A DNA stretch of 63,054 bases, the filler included. It is 5 parts of 5 records of this genome, joined end to end, with 100 filler letters (N's around TTAATTAATTAA, not from the genome) between each part and the next. Parts side by side here need not be neighbours in the genome. Positions count along the whole stretch, not along the records: positions 10,571 to 28,927 come from DRR723986_5365; positions 29,028 to 46,983 come from DRR723986_5374; 3 more parts are not named here. One strand, written 5' to 3'. Shown here piece after piece: positions 17,357 to 30,023 of this stretch (the stretch's first letter is position 1; every line of letters begins with the position of its first letter). Made by a program: the position numbers and the translations under genes. The notes below the pieces were generated by a model. That model searched no databases, had not been told where the DNA came from, and worked only from the letters and a program-made list of their open reading frames with translations.

Positions 17357-18030
17357 GCTGTTTGCATCTTTGCGCGGGTCATATGGCGCTTGCGCCCGTA
17401 TCCCGAAACCCGCTCAACCGCAAAGCCAGCATCGCCCAAGCCGCGCCGGACAAAGCCTGCTGCGGTGTAGGTAGCGGCTGTTCCATACGGTTTCGTATGT
17501 ATACCCACAGCCACCATCAGATCTGCTGACCACAGTTCGGGATTCTTGGCCGGTGAAAACCCGTCCAAGAACCACGCATCGGCCATCCCCTCCCAGCGTG
17601 GAAGTGTTTCACGTGCGTCCCCCACGATGACCTCCGCGCGCACACCCGGCAGGTCAATCACGCCGCCCTGCCCGGTCCAGGCCTCGGTCAACAAATCGCG
17701 TTTACCCCCAAACTCGGGAAAGGCAGCATGCGCCCGCGCCATATCTTCCGGCGACATCGGAAACGCCTCAAAACTCGTAAAGCGCAACTGCCCCTCAACG
17801 CCGCTGGATGCAAAAGCATCCCAAGCCACCAGCAGATTCAGCCCGGTGCCAAAGCCAAGCTCGGCAATCTGGAAGCCTTCCACAAACCGCTCCGGCAGGT
17901 CATTGCCTGCCAAAAACACATGCTCTGTCTCGGCCACACCATTCTCAAGGCTGAAGAACGGATCATCAAAGCGGGTCGAAACCGGCACCTCGCCATCGCG
18001 CCAAAGGATCTGATCTGTCTGGTTCTGCAC
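17353..18030 (-). CDS. mnmD: tRNA mnm5s2U34 methyltransferase (stand-alone MnmC N-terminal domain)
   Basis: STRFDDPFFS, ETEHVFL, IAELGFGTGLN, AWFLDGFSPAKNPELW, ATYTAAG; GTG start inferred at 18030. Confidence 0.9.
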   Translation of the reverse strand: MQNQTDQILWRDGEVPVSTRFDDPFFSLENGVAETEHVFLAGNDLPERFVEGFQIAELGFGTGLNLLVAWDAFASSGVEGQLRFTSFEAFPMSPEDMARAHAAFPEFGGKRDLLTEAWTGQGGVIDLPGVRAEVIVGDARETLPRWEGMADAWFLDGFSPAKNPELWSADLMVAVGIHTKPYGTAATYTAAGFVRRGLGDAGFAVERVSGYGRKRHMTRAKMQTA

Positions 18031-18085
18031 GGCAACACCAAGTAAGGGAAGGACAACGCGCCGACACTGCGCAAAGGAACGGAGC

Positions 18086-19123
18086 TTGGCAATGGTCGAA
18101 ATTACGGTGCGCGGGGCAGGAATTTTTGGCCTCTCGGTGGCTTGGGCCTGCGTGCGGCGAGGTGCCAAGGTCTGCGTGGTTGATCCCAACGGCCCCGCCG
18201 CGGGCAGCAGCGGCGGACTGGTTGGTGCATTGGCCCCGCATGTGCCGGAAAACTGGAACTCCAAGAAGGCCTTCCAATTGGAAAGTCTGCTGATGGCCCC
18301 GGATTTCTGGGCAGAAGTTGAGGCCGCTGGTGGCGGGTCTGCCGGATATGCACGCAGTGGCCGTTTGCAGCCGATCAATGATGAGGCCGCGCTTGCATTG
18401 GCGCAGCGACGCTCTGAAACGGCCAAGGCCCTATGGCAAGATCACGCAATTTGGGAGGTGATACCGGCCCCTGACACCGAATGGATGCCACAAACCCCAT
18501 CGGGCCTGCTGATCCGTGACACGCTCAGCGCCTTGGCGCACCCCCGAAAGGCCTGCGATGCTTTGGTGAAAGCGCTCACCGCAAAAGGGGTTGAGATCAC
18601 CACAGATGCGCCTGATCGGGGGCAGGTACTATGGGCCACCGGAGTGGCGGGACTGCTGGAAATGACCGAGAACCATCACCGCAGTGTCGGCAATGGGGTC
18701 AAGGGTCAGGCGGCACTGATGCGCTATGATGCGCGAGGGTTGCCGCAGCTGTTTGCGGGCGGCGTGCATGTCATCCCGCACCATGATGGCACAGTCGCGA
18801 TTGGTTCCACTTCAGAGCGGGAGTATGTCACACCCAATCAAACCGATGCGCAGCTGGATGTCGTGATTGAAGCAGCACGGGCGGCCGTCCCCGCCTTGCG
18901 TGATGCCCCGGTGCTGGAACGTTGGGCCGGTGTCCGCCCCCGTGCCCGCAGCCGTGCGCCGATGCTCGGGGCTTGGCCAGACCGCCCCGGTCATTTTATC
19001 GCCAATGGTGGCTTCAAAATCGGCTTTGGCATGGCCCCGAAGGTGGCGCAGGTTATGGCCGATCTCATGTTGGACGGGCGCGACACCATCCCGGATGGGT
19101 TCCGTGTTGAGGATAACCTTTAA
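18086..19123 (+). CDS. FAD-dependent oxidoreductase (DAO family, MnmC C-terminal-like)
   Basis: GAGIFG Rossmann motif, KGQ, RWAGVRP, GGFKIGFGMAP; divergent from mnmD. Confidence 0.8.
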   Translation: MAMVEITVRGAGIFGLSVAWACVRRGAKVCVVDPNGPAAGSSGGLVGALAPHVPENWNSKKAFQLESLLMAPDFWAEVEAAGGGSAGYARSGRLQPINDEAALALAQRRSETAKALWQDHAIWEVIPAPDTEWMPQTPSGLLIRDTLSALAHPRKACDALVKALTAKGVEITTDAPDRGQVLWATGVAGLLEMTENHHRSVGNGVKGQAALMRYDARGLPQLFAGGVHVIPHHDGTVAIGSTSEREYVTPNQTDAQLDVVIEAARAAVPALRDAPVLERWAGVRPRARSRAPMLGAWPDRPGHFIANGGFKIGFGMAPKVAQVMADLMLDGRDTIPDGFRVEDNL

Positions 19124-19132
19124 GGCAAATCA

Positions 19133-19930
19133 CTAGGCACGGGCCTGCATACATTGCCGTCCGTCCGGCCCGCGCACCCAGAGATCGCGCCCCTTGCGGC
19201 AAAACTCAGCCGTTTCAAAATGCATCAGAGGGGCTGTTGCCCGAAACTGAAACGTGGTCAGCGGGCCAAGTTCGGCTTCGGCCAGCAACATCAGTTTTTG
19301 CGCCAAGAGCGGCCCGTGAACGACCAATCCGTCATAGCCTTCGACCTCGCGGGCATAGTCCAGATCATAGTGGATGCGGTGCCCGTTGAACGTCAGCGCC
19401 GAATAGCGAAACAGCAGAGTTGAGGAGAACGAGGCCGCGATACGGCTTTCCTCATCCATCCGGGCGACAGGGGGCACAGGTTTGATCGCATCCGGCGCGG
19501 GGTCTTCACGGTAAACCAGATCCTGCCATTCGGTGAGGCAGAGCACATTGTTTTGATGAATGTCATGGCGCATCGTGACAAAGGCCAGCGGCCCGGTGCG
19601 CCCCTCCTTGCGCGTCGCGCTTTCGCAGTGTGATGTTTTGATCGCTTCAACACCCGAGCGCAGCGGGGTGTGAAACTGCAACCGCCCCCCGGCCCACATC
19701 CGCCGCGGCAATCCCATATCGGGAATCAATCCGCCCACTTGTGGATGACCATCGCGGCCAAGCCCCACAGGCGGCTGCGGATCCCAAAAATAGAGCTGGT
19801 GAAAAAACGGCGGCAATGTATCGCCTGCACTGATGGTCGGCCTTTGCCCCAACGCCACTTGCATCGCAGCGGCGCGGGCGCTGTCCATGACATCGCTTTG
19901 ACTTGTCTGTTTGGGCTGTGCAGGGTTCAT
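19133..19930 (-). CDS. MaoC-like/HTD2-family hot-dog acyl-CoA dehydratase
   Basis: LPRRMWAGG, LFRYSALTFNGHRIHYD, LVVHGPL. Confidence 0.85.
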   Translation of the reverse strand: MNPAQPKQTSQSDVMDSARAAAMQVALGQRPTISAGDTLPPFFHQLYFWDPQPPVGLGRDGHPQVGGLIPDMGLPRRMWAGGRLQFHTPLRSGVEAIKTSHCESATRKEGRTGPLAFVTMRHDIHQNNVLCLTEWQDLVYREDPAPDAIKPVPPVARMDEESRIAASFSSTLLFRYSALTFNGHRIHYDLDYAREVEGYDGLVVHGPLLAQKLMLLAEAELGPLTTFQFRATAPLMHFETAEFCRKGRDLWVRGPDGRQCMQARA

Positions 19931-19956
19931 GGCATTGGTCTAACGAAGGAGAACCC

Positions 19957-20373
19957 ATGCCGCAATCCGAACCCACCTTTACCTTGGATAGGCTTGATCA
20001 TCTGGTTCTGACCGTGGCCAGCATCCCCGCAACCATCGCCTTTTATCAAGACGTGCTGGGCATGCGTTCCGAAAGGTTCGAAACCGCAACAGGCGAGATC
20101 CGGCAGGCGTTGGAGTTTGGTGCGTCAAAAATCAACCTGCACCAGCAAGGCCAGGAATTTGAACCAAAGGCACAGCACCCCACTCCGGGCAGCGCGGATT
20201 TGTGCTTTCTGACCCAAACCCCGATCCCAGACTGGCAAATCCATCTGGCCGCGCGTGATGTCGCAATAGAAGACGGCCCCGTCCCCCGCACCGGGGCGAC
20301 AGGGCCGCTTGTCTCGATTTACATCCGTGACCCCGACCAGAACCTGATCGAGATTTCAGAGCAGCAAGGCTAG
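19957..20373 (+). CDS. VOC/glyoxalase family protein
   Basis: RLDHLVLTV, KINLHQ, PGSADLCF, SIYIRDPDQNLIEIS; AAGGAG RBS. Confidence 0.9.
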   Translation: MPQSEPTFTLDRLDHLVLTVASIPATIAFYQDVLGMRSERFETATGEIRQALEFGASKINLHQQGQEFEPKAQHPTPGSADLCFLTQTPIPDWQIHLAARDVAIEDGPVPRTGATGPLVSIYIRDPDQNLIEISEQQG

Positions 20374-20906
20374 ATCAAGCCACGCAGGCTTTGCATCAGG
20401 GCAGTCAGGTCTCTGGTGTACATTTCGCCAATCAAATGGCCGTTTTCATCAAAGGCGTTGGAGGAATCCGCAAGATGAATCTCTGGTCCTTGCAGGATTA
20501 TCGGGCGGAAAGGCACCATAAACCCGCGCAAGACCATCTGCGCCCGCACGCCGCCCGCACGGCCCGCCGCTGCGGACATCACCGCCACAGGCTTGCCATT
20601 CCACGGATTGCCCTCGGTCCGGCTGATCCAGTCCAGTGCGTTTTTCAGAACGCCAGAGGGGCCGGAATTGTATTCAGGAGTGGATAAAATAATCGCATCT
20701 GCCGCAGCGATCTGATCGGCCACCTTTTGCACGGCGGCAGGCACACCTGTGCTTGCCTCATCATCCCCGTCATACAGCGGGAAGTTGATGTCAGCCAATT
20801 CGTATTCACTGTTACCGAACAGCCGCGCTGCTTCGGTCAGCAATTTGGTATTTGTCGCCTCGCGGCGCAAAGAGCCGGAGATGCCAAGCAACTTGGGGGA
20901 GGTCAT
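20370..20906 (-). CDS. NADPH-dependent FMN reductase
   Basis: GISGSLR, TPEYN, LKNALDWISR, GKPVAVM. Confidence 0.9.
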   Translation of the reverse strand: MTSPKLLGISGSLRREATNTKLLTEAARLFGNSEYELADINFPLYDGDDEASTGVPAAVQKVADQIAAADAIILSTPEYNSGPSGVLKNALDWISRTEGNPWNGKPVAVMSAAAGRAGGVRAQMVLRGFMVPFRPIILQGPEIHLADSSNAFDENGHLIGEMYTRDLTALMQSLRGLI

Positions 20907-21021
20907 ATTAAACATTCCATTTTGTTTTCTCGGTGCTCTTTATCTCGTTCTTTCGCGCGAAAATGCAAGAAGCCCCCGCGATATGCAGGGGCTTTGTGCG
21001 ATTTTGCAGAGGTGAACCAGA

Positions 21022-21690
21022 TCAGGCGTTGGGCAGGATCACGATCTCAACCCGGCGGTTTTGCGCTTTGCCTGCCGGGGTCAGGTTGCTTGCGATCGGC
21101 TGGCTTTCGCCGCGACCAAAGGCCTGCACACGGCTGGTCGGCACCCCATTGCTATAAAGTACATTGGCCACAGCATAGGCACGCCCTTCGGAAAGCTGCT
21201 GATTATAAGCCGCGTCGCCGTCGCTGTCTGTGTGCCCGATCACCTGAACCGTGGAGTTTGGATAGGATTGCAGGCTGTTTGCCAGGGTCCGCAGATCGCC
21301 CATCAGCCCCGGCTGCACGGTCGTACTGTCCACGGCAAAGAGAATATCCTGCGGCAATGTCACGATCAAACGGTCACCGGTGTTGGTGATCACCACGTCA
21401 TTGCCCATTTGCTGGCGCAGCTCGGCCTCTTGCCGGTCCAGCGCATAGCCAACACCAGCACCCAATGCGCCACCGATCAACGCACCTTTTAGGGCACCAT
21501 CGCCGCGGTTGCCGTCGCCCTTGGACAACGCACCCAGAAGGGCACCTGCACCCGCACCGATCAATGCGCCGTTCTTGGTCTTTTGGTTGGGATCACCCGG
21601 CTGCGCACCGAAGCGGCCCGGATCAGTACAAGCGGAAAGCGCCAATGCGCCGGCCAAAACGCTGGCCAATGTGAGCTTGGAAGAAATCAT
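21022..21690 (-). CDS. OmpA-family lipoprotein (YiaD-like)
   Basis: Lipobox LSAC, glycine zipper, GHTDS, YNQQLSEGRA, NRRVEI. Confidence 0.92.
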   Translation of the reverse strand: MISSKLTLASVLAGALALSACTDPGRFGAQPGDPNQKTKNGALIGAGAGALLGALSKGDGNRGDGALKGALIGGALGAGVGYALDRQEAELRQQMGNDVVITNTGDRLIVTLPQDILFAVDSTTVQPGLMGDLRTLANSLQSYPNSTVQVIGHTDSDGDAAYNQQLSEGRAYAVANVLYSNGVPTSRVQAFGRGESQPIASNLTPAGKAQNRRVEIVILPNA

Positions 21691-21813
21691 ACTACTGCCT
21701 TCATGTTGCTGGCCCCGTTCGGGCAGGGCATCTTGATATGTGGCAATATATAACGGTGCTGAGCGGAAAAAAGTCAGGGGGAAAAATAAGTCGGCGCAAA
21801 CCCGCGCATCGGC

Positions 21814-22683
21814 TCAGGCCTCGGCTCGGGCGGCCTCATAGGCCAGCATGGCGCGTTTGACTGGCAAGCCCCAGTGATAACCGCCCAGCGCCCCGGATTT
21901 GCGCAATGCCCGGTGGCAGGGGATCAGCCACGACACCGGATTGCGCCCCACTGCCGTTCCCACCGCCCGGACAGCACGCGGATTGCCGATGGTTTCGGCA
22001 ATGTCGGAATAGGTTGTGACCTCACCAGACGGAATGCTCAGCAGCGCCTCCCAGACTTTGATCTGAAACGGCGCACCGATCAGGAACAAGGGCGCCTTGT
22101 CCAGCCCGCCGTCCTTTGCGCCAAAGGCCGTCAACACCCATGGACGCAGCATCATCGGGTCTTCGACAAAGGTCGCATTGGGCCAGCGCGAGGTCAGATC
22201 CTGCATCGCGGCGTCTTCGCCCATCTCTGAGGCCAAAGCCAAACCGCAGATGCCCTTTTCCGTGCCCATCACAAGTGCCAGACCAAAGGGGCTGTCGAAC
22301 CAACCCCAATGGATCGTCAGCCCGTCCCCCTTGCGGGCAAATTCACCGGGGCTCATCGATTCCCAACGCAGGAACAAATCATGCAAACGCCCGGTGCCGG
22401 ACAGGCCAACCTCATGCGCGGCCTGCAATGTGGTGGCATTGCCGCGCAGCATCTCTTTGGCCTGCCCCAGCATCAGATATTGCTGATACCGCTTCGGCGA
22501 CACACCGACCCAGCGCGAAAAAATCCGTTGAAAATGCGCGGGCGACATGCCCATTTTTTGCGCAAGCTGCTCAAGCGGCATCATGTCTTCGGAGGCATCA
22601 ATCAGGTCAATGGCGCGGCGCATCACTTGAAAATGATAGCCATCGTCAGAGGCAGGCGTGGGAATGGGTGTGGTCTGTGTCAT
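21814..22683 (-). CDS. AraC-HTH / O6-methylguanine-DNA methyltransferase fusion (Ada-like, no N-terminal Zn domain)
   Basis: MSPAHFQRIFSRWVGVSPK HTH; IPCHR active site; GGYHWG. Confidence 0.9.
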   Translation of the reverse strand: MTQTTPIPTPASDDGYHFQVMRRAIDLIDASEDMMPLEQLAQKMGMSPAHFQRIFSRWVGVSPKRYQQYLMLGQAKEMLRGNATTLQAAHEVGLSGTGRLHDLFLRWESMSPGEFARKGDGLTIHWGWFDSPFGLALVMGTEKGICGLALASEMGEDAAMQDLTSRWPNATFVEDPMMLRPWVLTAFGAKDGGLDKAPLFLIGAPFQIKVWEALLSIPSGEVTTYSDIAETIGNPRAVRAVGTAVGRNPVSWLIPCHRALRKSGALGGYHWGLPVKRAMLAYEAARAEA

Positions 22684-22793
22684 GCGTCCAATCTAGGCAG
22701 ACAGGCCGCACCAAGCGACCCGAAACTTGCGCCTTCGCGATTGAAGCGCGGCCAAGACTTGCCCCCCGGCCCCATTCCGCGCATACCGATGCC

Positions 22794-23438
22794 ATGGCAA
22801 AACAGCTTGATTATCATACCATCCGCGAGATTTTCACCCGTTTTCAGGACGCAGACCCGGAACCCAAGGGCGAGCTTGAGCATGTGAATGTCTACACCCT
22901 TGTCGTGGCGGTCGCATTGTCGGCACAGGCCACTGATGCAGGGGTTAACAAAGCCACCCGCGCCTTGTTTCAGATCGCCGATACCCCGCAGAAGATGTTG
23001 GATCTGGGGCTTGAGGGGCTGACCGAACATATCAAGACCATTGGTCTGTTCCGCCAGAAAGCCAAGAACGTCATGAAACTTAGCCAGATTCTCGTGGATG
23101 ACTATGGCGGCGAGGTGCCAAACAGCCGCGCGGCGCTGCAATCCCTGCCGGGCGTGGGGCGCAAGACCGCCAATGTGGTGCTCAACATGTGGTGGCGCCA
23201 ACCGGCACAAGCCGTTGATACCCATATCTTCCGCGTCGGAAACCGCACTGGCATTGCGCCCGGCAAAACGGTAGACGCCGTCGAGCGTGCGATTGAGGAC
23301 AACATTCCGGCTGATTTCCAGCTGCACGCGCATCACTGGCTCATCCTGCATGGCCGTTACCACTGCAAGGCCCGCAAACCGCAATGCCGTACCTGTATCA
23401 TCCGTGACCTTTGCCAATTTGAGGACAAAACTGAATGA
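22794..23438 (+). CDS. nth: Endonuclease III
   Basis: LSAQATD, HhH LPGVGRKTANVV, VDTH, CKARKPQCRTCIIRDLC Fe-S motif. Confidence 0.96.
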   Translation: MAKQLDYHTIREIFTRFQDADPEPKGELEHVNVYTLVVAVALSAQATDAGVNKATRALFQIADTPQKMLDLGLEGLTEHIKTIGLFRQKAKNVMKLSQILVDDYGGEVPNSRAALQSLPGVGRKTANVVLNMWWRQPAQAVDTHIFRVGNRTGIAPGKTVDAVERAIEDNIPADFQLHAHHWLILHGRYHCKARKPQCRTCIIRDLCQFEDKTE

Positions 23439-24430
23439 AGACCTACGAACTTGTTGGCATCGGGAATGCCGTTGTCGATGTGATCACCCAAACTGACGAC
23501 AGCTTTCTGGGGCATATGGGCATTGAAAAAGGCATCATGCAGCTGATCGAACAGGAACGCGCCGAAGTTCTTTATGCCGCGATGAACGAACGGGTGCAGA
23601 CACCCGGCGGCGCGGTGGCCAATACAATTGCCGGCGCAGGGGCGCTTGGCATGCAGACCGCCTTTATCGGGCGGGTGCGCGATGATGCGCTGGGTCATTT
23701 CTATGCCGATGCGATGACGGATCACGGCATTGATTTTGTGAACCCGCCTGTCGCGAACGGGGAAACGCCAACCTCCCGTTGTATGATCTTTGTCACGCCC
23801 GATGGCGAACGGTCACTGAACACCTACCTTGGCATTTCCACGGGCCTCAATTCAGCCGATGTGCCGACCGAGGTTTCGGGCAATGCCAAATTGATGTTCC
23901 TTGAAGGTTACCTGTTTGACCATGACGCCGGAAAAACCGCATTCCGCGAGGCCGCACGCGCCACCAAGGCGGGGGGCGGCAAGGCAGGTATCGCCATTTC
24001 CGATCCGTTTTGTGTGGAACGTCACCGTGATGATTTCCTGTCCCTGATCAAGAACGATCTGGACTATGTGATCGGCAACGAGGCCGAGATGCGGTCACTG
24101 TTTGAAACCGATGACACCGAGCTGGCCCTGTCCAAAACCGCCGACATGTGCCCGATTGTGGTGTGCACCCGGTCCGGCGATGGCGTCAGCCTGATTCGCG
24201 ACGGCGAGCGGGTGGACGTTCCTGTGCAATCCGTGACCCCGGTAGACGCCACCGGCGCAGGTGATCAGTTTGCCGCCGGTTTCCTGTTTGGCCTGTCGCG
24301 TGGCTGCGAGTTGGAAGTCTGCGGACGCATGGGCAATCTTTGTGCAGGCGAAGTGATCAGCCATATCGGCCCGCGTCCACAGCAAGATATGTTGGCCGCC
24401 TTCCGCGCCGAAGGGTTGATCGGCGCATGA
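23435..24430 (+). CDS. PfkB-family (adenosine) kinase
   Basis: GIGNAVVD, GGAVANT, DATGAGDQFAAGF. Confidence 0.9.
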   Translation: MKTYELVGIGNAVVDVITQTDDSFLGHMGIEKGIMQLIEQERAEVLYAAMNERVQTPGGAVANTIAGAGALGMQTAFIGRVRDDALGHFYADAMTDHGIDFVNPPVANGETPTSRCMIFVTPDGERSLNTYLGISTGLNSADVPTEVSGNAKLMFLEGYLFDHDAGKTAFREAARATKAGGGKAGIAISDPFCVERHRDDFLSLIKNDLDYVIGNEAEMRSLFETDDTELALSKTADMCPIVVCTRSGDGVSLIRDGERVDVPVQSVTPVDATGAGDQFAAGFLFGLSRGCELEVCGRMGNLCAGEVISHIGPRPQQDMLAAFRAEGLIGA

Positions 24431-25020
24431 TTAAGGACGGGCAATACGATATTCCACGCGGCAAGATCGCGACAATTGCGACCCATCTGGAAATGCTGGC
24501 CCCTGCGCCAGCACGCCCTGTGCCAGCGCCCGAGGGCGTTTCTTTTGAGCAGATCAAACCTGATCTGGACCGATACCGTGATCTGTTCACCCGTGTTGGC
24601 AGCCTTGATTGGCTTTGGCACGGGCGGCTCAAGATGAATGAGGCCGATCTACAGGCGATCCTATCCGATCCAAAGGTCGCTATTTATTCGCTCAGACTGG
24701 ATGGTCAGGACGAGGCTCTGCTGGAGCTGGACTTTCGCCAAGACGGCGCATGTCAACTGGCCTATTTTGGACTGACCGCCAATCTCATCGGCAGCGGTGC
24801 AGGGCGGTTCATGATGAACCAAGCGATCTCGCTCGCTTGGGCGCAGGACATCACCCGCTTTCACGTCGACACCTGCACGATGGACAGCCCGCAAGCCCTG
24901 CCGTTCTATATCCGCAGCGGATTTACCCCCTGCGCCCAACAGATCGAAGTGCGCGATGATCCCCGCTTGGACGGCACCTTGCCGCGCAGCGCCGCCAAAC
25001 GTGTCCCGATATTCGACTAG
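24427..25020 (+). CDS. GNAT family N-acetyltransferase
   Basis: LAYFGL...IGSGAGR, TCTMDSPQALPFYIRSGF; ATGA overlap with upstream gene. Confidence 0.8.
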   Translation: MIKDGQYDIPRGKIATIATHLEMLAPAPARPVPAPEGVSFEQIKPDLDRYRDLFTRVGSLDWLWHGRLKMNEADLQAILSDPKVAIYSLRLDGQDEALLELDFRQDGACQLAYFGLTANLIGSGAGRFMMNQAISLAWAQDITRFHVDTCTMDSPQALPFYIRSGFTPCAQQIEVRDDPRLDGTLPRSAAKRVPIFD

Positions 25021-25493
25021 CCCAGCGGGCAGCTTTCACCGCGAAAACACTGCTGGATAGCACTGATCTGAGCCGGGCTCGGGTCGGGAAAAACAAAGCC
25101 GCCGCACGGATCGATTGACATCGTGTGGCGGCCATCCGCCTTTTCGACAAAGGCCAGCACGTCCATGCCATCCACAGCACCGCCACACCACGGACCGAAG
25201 CAAAGCACCTCAAGCGTGATCTCGCTGTCAAAGTGATGGATGAACCCCGCCATCGACAAGGATTTACCGGTGATGCGGGCCGGTATCTTGGTTTGTTTGG
25301 GCGGTGCGGGGTCTGTCATGCCCTTGGGCAATTCACCCTCATCAAAAGACAACTGCCCACGGACCACGACATAGGTCTGGGGCGCGGCGCTGGCAGCGTG
25401 GAACCCGCGCGCAATGGAAGGTTCAGCACAAGACAGCGCAAGCGCAGGCCAAGGGGCACAAATCGCAAAGAGATATGCCAGAAGGCGGATCAA
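25017..25493 (-). CDS. Hypothetical exported Cys-containing protein
   Basis: Signal-like N-terminus ending ALALSC; CFGPWCG, DPCGG; TTG start overlaps rppH stop. Confidence 0.65.
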   Translation of the reverse strand: MIRLLAYLFAICAPWPALALSCAEPSIARGFHAASAAPQTYVVVRGQLSFDEGELPKGMTDPAPPKQTKIPARITGKSLSMAGFIHHFDSEITLEVLCFGPWCGGAVDGMDVLAFVEKADGRHTMSIDPCGGFVFPDPSPAQISAIQQCFRGESCPLG

Positions 25494-25972
25494 AGATGCG
25501 GCTCGAACTCGGCCAGAACAGTTTCGTAGACCGCGCGTTTGAAAGGCACAATCTGCGCCACCAGATCGGCAACCGGCAACCAGCGCCATTTTGAGAACTC
25601 AGGATGTTCAGTTTCGATATTCACCTGATCATCTTGGCCCTCGAACCGCATCAGGAACCATTTCTGTTCCTGCCCCCGAAACCGGCCTTTCCAGATCTGC
25701 GGAACAATGTCGTGGGGCAGGTCGTATGGCACCCAACCGGCGGTTTCAGCGATCACCTGCACCAAATCACGCGTCACGCCGGTTTCCTCTTCCAACTCGC
25801 GCAGTGCCGCGTCGCGGGGGTCTTCGCCCTTTTCCACACCGCCCTGCGGCATTTGCCAGGCGTCCTGATCGCGGTCTTTGCGCTGTCCAACAAAGGCGGC
25901 ACCTTCCGCATTGATCAGCATCACACCCACGCAGGGGCGATAGGGCAATTTGGCAATTTCATCGGGTGTCAT
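25490..25972 (-). CDS. rppH: RNA pyrophosphohydrolase (Nudix)
   Basis: YRPCVG, WQMPQGG, Nudix box [25 protein letters not shown]. Confidence 0.95.
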   Translation of the reverse strand: MTPDEIAKLPYRPCVGVMLINAEGAAFVGQRKDRDQDAWQMPQGGVEKGEDPRDAALRELEEETGVTRDLVQVIAETAGWVPYDLPHDIVPQIWKGRFRGQEQKWFLMRFEGQDDQVNIETEHPEFSKWRWLPVADLVAQIVPFKRAVYETVLAEFEPHL

Positions 25973-26439
25973 TGCAGGGCTTTCTCCATCTCCGCGCGGT
26001 CCAGTGTTTCACCAAACCGCGTCACGCTTTCATGCCGGATAACACGAAAGCCGACCGCCAGAAAGGCAGGCTGCGCCATCAGGCTGGCGTGGGTCCAAAG
26101 CCGCCGATGACCAGCGTCCAGCGCAGACGTTTCAAGTTTTTGATACAGCCGCCGGAACAAGCCACGCCCCTGCGCCTCACCCCGCACAAAGGCCATATCG
26201 ACATATCCGTCGGAGCGCAGGGTCAAGAACGCAAGGGCAGTGCCGTCCTCTTCGGCCAGCCAGACATCCTGCTCGGCCAACCGTTCCGCCCATTTCGCGC
26301 CGCTGTTTGGCGTGGATTGCCATGCCGCCCGCTGTGCCTCGGTGTATTTGCTGACGCCTTTATGGATCGCATCAAACATCACCTCGCCCAATGCATCGGC
26401 ATCCTGCGCCTGTGCTGGTCGTATTTTCAAATCTGCCAT
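25969..26439 (-). CDS. GNAT family N-acetyltransferase
   Basis: [27 protein letters not shown]. Confidence 0.85.
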   Translation of the reverse strand: MADLKIRPAQAQDADALGEVMFDAIHKGVSKYTEAQRAAWQSTPNSGAKWAERLAEQDVWLAEEDGTALAFLTLRSDGYVDMAFVRGEAQGRGLFRRLYQKLETSALDAGHRRLWTHASLMAQPAFLAVGFRVIRHESVTRFGETLDRAEMEKALQ

Positions 26440-26485
26440 TCTCGCTTGCCCTTGATCCTTCCTTGGCGTCCAATCGGGAAGGTGA

Positions 26486-28591
<2,106 letters not shown>

Positions 28592-28861
28592 CATAATCAT
28601 GCTTGGTGGCGGGTTTCGCACCCGTCACCGCCATTGCAAGCGCCCCGCATCCCCTGCCAATGGCAGCACTTGCCGTCGTGATGCTGCTGGTTCTCAAGCT
28701 CAGCAGATGGCGGTGAACCCATATCGGAAACAGCTGTTTCCCTGTTTCCATGCCATGAACGATCCCGCAATTACCACGCAACTGTCCCACCCCTGCCCCG
28801 TTCCTGCCTGAATTGCGCGTCATACCCTTTCCTCGAAACAAGTATTTTGAAGGAAGCCCAA

Positions 28862-28927
28862 ATGGACCGCCTCACAGAAATGGAAGCTTTTGCCACCGTG
28901 GTGGATCAGGGTGGCTTTACCGATGCC
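28862..28927 (+). CDS. LysR family regulator (3' truncated by contig end)
   Basis: MDRLTEMEAFATVVDQGGFTDA with AAGGA RBS. Confidence 0.8.
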
Positions 28928-29027
28928 NNNNNNNNNNNNNNNNNNNNNNNNNNNNNNNNNNNNNNNNNNNNTTAATTAATTAANNNNNNNNNNNNNNNNN
29001 NNNNNNNNNNNNNNNNNNNNNNNNNNN
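28928..29027. other. Artificial contig spacer
   Basis: N run, TTAATTAATTAA, N run. Confidence 0.99.
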
Positions 29028-29267
29028 GGCGACACCGCGCGTGACTTTGCCAACCGGATCAACATTGGCATGGTCGGCATCAACGTTCCGATCCCGGTTC
29101 CACTGGCCTATCACACCTTTGGTGGCTGGAAGAAATCGGCCTTTGGTGACTTGAACCAGCACGGCCCCGATGCGTTCAAGTTCTACACACGCACGAAAAC
29201 CATCACTGCGCGCTGGCCCAGCGGCATCAAAGAAGGTGGCGAATTCTCTATCCCTGTGATGGAATAA
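29028..29267 (+). CDS. mmsA: CoA-acylating methylmalonate-semialdehyde dehydrogenase (5' truncated)
   Basis: [28 protein letters not shown]...[12 protein letters not shown]. Confidence 0.9.
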   Translation, partial: GDTARDFANRINIGMVGINVPIPVPLAYHTFGGWKKSAFGDLNQHGPDAFKFYTRTKTITARWPSGIKEGGEFSIPVME

Positions 29268-29290
29268 GCCCCCTTTTGTGGTGAATATCG

Positions 29291-29326
29291 AAACGGCCCG
29301 GCATCATTGCCGGGCCGTTTTTCTTT
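29291..29326 (+). terminator. Intrinsic (probably bidirectional) terminator
   Basis: AAACGGCCCGGCA-TCAT-TGCCGGGCCGTTT followed by TTCTTT. Confidence 0.85.
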
Positions 29327-29357
29327 GTCAGTGCATCAAGACAGCTCTAATGTTGTC

Positions 29358-29816
29358 TCACCAAGCCAGTGTCTTCATGTCTTCGCGGAACAACCAGCTC
29401 TCAACAACTGGCCAGCTGCCCATTGTTACACCATCGATATAGTCAGCCTTGGTCAGCCCAGCCGCTTTAGAACAAGCCCCACACATCAGCACCGTACCGC
29501 CGTCAGCGATGAACGCTTTAAGAAGATCCTGAACCGAAGCGCCTTTTTCTGCCATCAAACCATGTATATGACTTGGTCGCTTTTTGTCGGCCAAATAGAC
29601 CGCCCGCACATTCAACCAGATTGCCGTGGGATGTCCGTTCTTAAGCGACTTCTGATGCGCAAACACGATGGCCTTGGTCGCCGACCACGTGTCATCTGTT
29701 GTCAGATTGACAAAAAGCCCCGGCTTGGTTTCTTCGGCGGAAAGTGTTGTCGGTGATACTGTGACCAGCGCCACCAGAACAAACATCAACATCGATAGAA
29801 AGGGTCTGAGCGTCAT
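29358..29816 (-). CDS. Exported DsrE-family protein
   Basis: Signal peptide; LFVNLT, AFIADGGTVLMCGAC. Confidence 0.7.
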   Translation of the reverse strand: MTLRPFLSMLMFVLVALVTVSPTTLSAEETKPGLFVNLTTDDTWSATKAIVFAHQKSLKNGHPTAIWLNVRAVYLADKKRPSHIHGLMAEKGASVQDLLKAFIADGGTVLMCGACSKAAGLTKADYIDGVTMGSWPVVESWLFREDMKTLAW

Positions 29817-30023
29817 GGGAAAACTCCTGAGTAAGATCCAGCACACTCTCAAATACATTCCAACAAGAGAATATGATTTATACCAACCTAGCCGAAATGA
29901 CGTATTAAAATTCCGCGCACACAAACGCGTGAAACTTACTAAATTCAACCATCCGGCACTGGTTTTACCGTCCCATCATTCCTACTTTGGCGAAAACGTC
30001 TGAGCAGAATTCGGAGAATCCAC

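Noticed and set aside
22116-22793. Apparent N-terminal extensions in the ORF track (nth, mnmD, MFS 35612, LysE, GntR, slt)
   Set aside because: They overlap divergent genes; family-like sequence begins at the downstream starts reported.
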